Shown piece after piece: positions 62,013 to 64,000 of a DNA stretch of 64,000 nt (position 1 is the first letter of the stretch; each line of letters starts with the position of its first letter). Under the pieces are notes generated by a model. That model made no database searches. It was not told where the DNA came from and saw only the letters and a program-made list of their open reading frames with translations. The stretch is from a virus. The DNA is taken from positions 1-64,000 of the IMG/VR virus record IMGVR_UViG_3300045988_168611, one strand, 5' to 3'. A program made the translations under genes and the position numbers.

Positions 62013-62203
62013 GAAGAAGAAGAAGATGGGAGTCAGACCGCGCCGTGAGGCGGTCTGACTCTCTATTTCTTGTCTCGGGTCGTACTTTGTACGACCACGC
62101 ATACGCACAACGTGCAGAGGGGTGCATAACTCTCACGAAAACCCTGGTGTTCCAGTAGAATAGGTACATACTGTTGAACATACATAGGAAAGGCGAGGGA
62201 GTT

Positions 62204-62944
62204 ATGCGGGGTTCGAATCACATCATTGCCGGATTGGCGATGCTCGGTATTGGACGCGCTGTTGTTGTGATTGGTGAGAATGCCGATCGTTCACGTGAGA
62301 TACCGTTGATTGACACAGAGGCGATAGAGGATAGCTACGGGGTTATCGACTCTGTTACATCGTGGGTATCTGATGGCCTGGATGCGCTTGGCGGGTCTAT
62401 CGCGTCATGGAGCACGTGGATCCATAGTTTGTTTGTGAGCGATGATGAACGCTGGTATATCAGTGTTGCGATCGGTCTCCCGCTGTTCATTGTTGGTACG
62501 GTGTTGGCGGATGCTGATTTGCCACACTCTCTTGCCGGGCGTTTTATGCTATGGGGAACGATGTGGCAGCGCAAGAACGCGAGCCGTTCTGCTGCAACGT
62601 CGCCTATCGCCCACAGAGGTTGGACACATACACTTTGGGTGTTGCTCGGAGTGGGTGTCTTGACTGCGATGGTGTCACCGATCTTTGTGTGGCTGTTGGC
62701 CGGTATGATGACCCATGTTCTGCTCGATGCTATGAGTATGGCTGGGTGGGTGTGGTACTACCCGCTGATACCGTCGACATGGGAGATTATCGAGAGAGGT
62801 GACACGCGGATCGTTGTGTCAACCCGACGACGGAGTGTTGTCGGTGATCGCTTGAGGTATCACGCTGGTGTGCCGTGGCTGGAGCATGTGTATGTTGCAG
62901 TGCTCGTTGCTGGAGCTATCGGCGCAACGTGGTACACGTGGTGA
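62204..62944 (+). CDS. YdjM-like membrane-bound metal-dependent hydrolase (tentative)
   Basis: ATG 62204 after GGCGAGGGAG. Polytopic. HRGWTHTLW and HVLLDAMS His motifs. Confidence 0.5.
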   Translation: MRGSNHIIAGLAMLGIGRAVVVIGENADRSREIPLIDTEAIEDSYGVIDSVTSWVSDGLDALGGSIASWSTWIHSLFVSDDERWYISVAIGLPLFIVGTVLADADLPHSLAGRFMLWGTMWQRKNASRSAATSPIAHRGWTHTLWVLLGVGVLTAMVSPIFVWLLAGMMTHVLLDAMSMAGWVWYYPLIPSTWEIIERGDTRIVVSTRRRSVVGDRLRYHAGVPWLEHVYVAVLVAGAIGATWYTW

Positions 62945-62957
62945 CAGTGAGTACGGT

Positions 62958-63001
62958 AATAGGCCCTGAGAGCGGTGTGGTAGCCAATCTCAGGGCCTAT
63001 T
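62958..63001. terminator. bidirectional terminator AATAGGCCCTGAG/CTCAGGGCCTATT
   Basis: Perfect 13-bp stem between convergent genes. Confidence 0.7.
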
Positions 63002-63006
63002 GCTTG

Positions 63007-63429
63007 TTACGAAGAGCTTTCGCTGGAGTTGACATCGTCAATGATCCAGTCAAGGACGCGATCGCATACCTCGTTGAAGAGTTCCCATGCTCGTTCGTCA
63101 TTGATTGACGAAATGAGAGCATTGAGATTGCCATCATCCATGGACTTGATTTTGTCACGGGCATCAAGAACCCGTTTGTTATCGGGGTCACTTGCGTTGA
63201 GTGTAGTGATGAGGAATCCCAGCTTTTCTCGAATGACGGAAGCGTCAATGGTGATGCCTCGGGTGTACTTTTCGGGCTGAAGATCGTATACATCGTAGTC
63301 AATTTCATACGGAAAACCGTAGTCTTCGTCGTAATGAATACGTTCGTTGAGGACTATCTCAGCATTGTCGATAGTGTCAGTGGTGACGGTGACAATAGTG
63401 TTGTAGCGGTTCATGTTTTCAGTCGTCAT
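63007..63429 (-). CDS. hypothetical acidic protein (140 aa), in a lower-GC segment
   Basis: ORF track. Confidence 0.5.
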   Translation of the reverse strand: MTTENMNRYNTIVTVTTDTIDNAEIVLNERIHYDEDYGFPYEIDYDVYDLQPEKYTRGITIDASVIREKLGFLITTLNASDPDNKRVLDARDKIKSMDDGNLNALISSINDERAWELFNEVCDRVLDWIIDDVNSSESSS

Positions 63430-63745
63430 GGGGATCTCCTAATAGTTTCTTACATACATCGGGTGTGGTGAATTCGTTAAACAACGGCATCATGAGAGCT
63501 TTGCGGGCAATATATTCCAAGACTTCAGGGAGTCTAATATATTTCCATGCTCTGAGACCACCCATGGGGTAGCGTACCGAATGATCTGGCAAGGTGATAT
63601 AGTCAGGCCCCTTATTGTCATACCAAGCACGCCAAACACGTAGTTGTGCAGGTGAGATTTCAAGAAATTCAGCTGCTTGTTCGGTAGTCAGTAGATCGGA
63701 GTTAGCCAAATTAGCAAAGTCTTTACCCATTAGTGTTTCTTTCAT
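63419..63745 (-). CDS. excisionase/MerR-type HTH DNA-binding protein (tentative)
   Basis: LLTTEQAAEFLEISPAQLRVWR resembles Xis/AlpA-type HTH domains. Confidence 0.45.
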   Translation of the reverse strand: MKETLMGKDFANLANSDLLTTEQAAEFLEISPAQLRVWRAWYDNKGPDYITLPDHSVRYPMGGLRAWKYIRLPEVLEYIARKALMMPLFNEFTTPDVCKKLLGDPHDD

Positions 63746-63754
63746 TTGGTATTT

Positions 63755-64000
63755 TTAGACGATCGGGCGCAACATATCCCTGATGCCGCAGATGAGTGCA
63801 GCGAGACCGTCAAGACCCTTAGCGTTTCGGTCGTAGGTCAAGTGTCGCGTATCTGTCCCGTGGGACAGATAGAGATCCCCAAGGGACCGAGAGCAATGCT
63901 CGATCATCACGTAGTCGCAGTCGTCGGATAGTGAACAGTCGATGTCATCGATCCCAGGAATGGTGTTCAGGAGGGTGACGGTATCTCGGATGCAATCCTT
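63755..64000 (-). CDS. hypothetical protein; C-terminal 81 codons only, with the start beyond the right window edge
   Basis: Hand translation of the minus strand is open from 64000 to TAA at 63755-63757 (...LAALICGIRDMLRPIV*). Confidence 0.4.
   Translation of the reverse strand, partial: KDCIRDTVTLLNTIPGIDDIDCSLSDDCDYVMIEHCSRSLGDLYLSHGTDTRHLTYDRNAKGLDGLAALICGIRDMLRPIV

Noticed and set aside
62011-62025. (AAG)5 trinucleotide repeat in the moxR upstream region
   Set aside because: It is only 15 nt, too short to argue for slippage-based regulation on its own. I note it only as part of the moxR leader.
62030-62061. 12-bp perfect hairpin, considered as an intrinsic terminator
   Set aside because: It lies between divergent start codons (61975 minus, 62204 plus), so there is no upstream gene to terminate. 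It is more likely a 5'-UTR or operator structure, and its function is unresolved.

Overview
This window looks like part of a large conjugative plasmid or ICE from a high-GC Gram-positive host. That call is inferred from composition, the extended GAAAGGAGG Shine-Dalgarno sites and a Gram-positive-type T4SS gene set. No database search was possible.

Layout:
- 1-5503, minus strand: a cargo block. It holds acidic small proteins, two tandem membrane-anchored NucA/EndA-like nucleases (one with a degenerate active site), a 76-aa membrane protein, an unannotated 42-aa Cys-rich peptide, an XRE-like protein, and a Panacea/DUF4065 antitoxin-like gene next to a 93-aa unknown.
- 5664-39560, plus strand: a long transfer block. 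It holds an RHH protein, an endonuclease-like/DNA methyltransferase fusion, a type IA topoisomerase and a VirB4-like protein with a degenerate P-loop. It also holds a VirB6/TcpH-like polytopic protein, a lysozyme plus NlpC/P60 wall hydrolase, a MOBQ-like relaxase, an Hsp100/Clp-type ATPase and a VirD4/TraG coupling protein. Both P-loops of the Hsp100/Clp ATPase are split by class-3-type inteins.
- 39644-41428, minus strand: a Zn-ribbon-repeat endonuclease-like gene.
- 41608-51140, plus strand: an 1816-aa single-chain fused beta/beta'-type RNA polymerase, two unknown proteins that share its C-terminal DDGFEL-type tail, and an HU-like protein.
- 51205-61975, minus strand: an AT-richer unknown gene, an orphan MazF/PemK-like toxin, a UvrD-like helicase, a second Clp-like AAA+ ATPase, a VWA protein and a MoxR-like ATPase. 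Four of these genes carry a TTTATTCA box next to the SD.

I recognised no rRNA, tRNA, CRISPR array or IS element. The fused RNA polymerase and its possible links to the transfer machinery are the top candidate for something new. Those links are the shared C-terminal tips, the Hsp100 unfoldase in the transfer operon and the degenerate VirB4.

Many long antisense ORFs in the track are GC-driven shadow ORFs. Several track start codons are N-terminal over-extensions.
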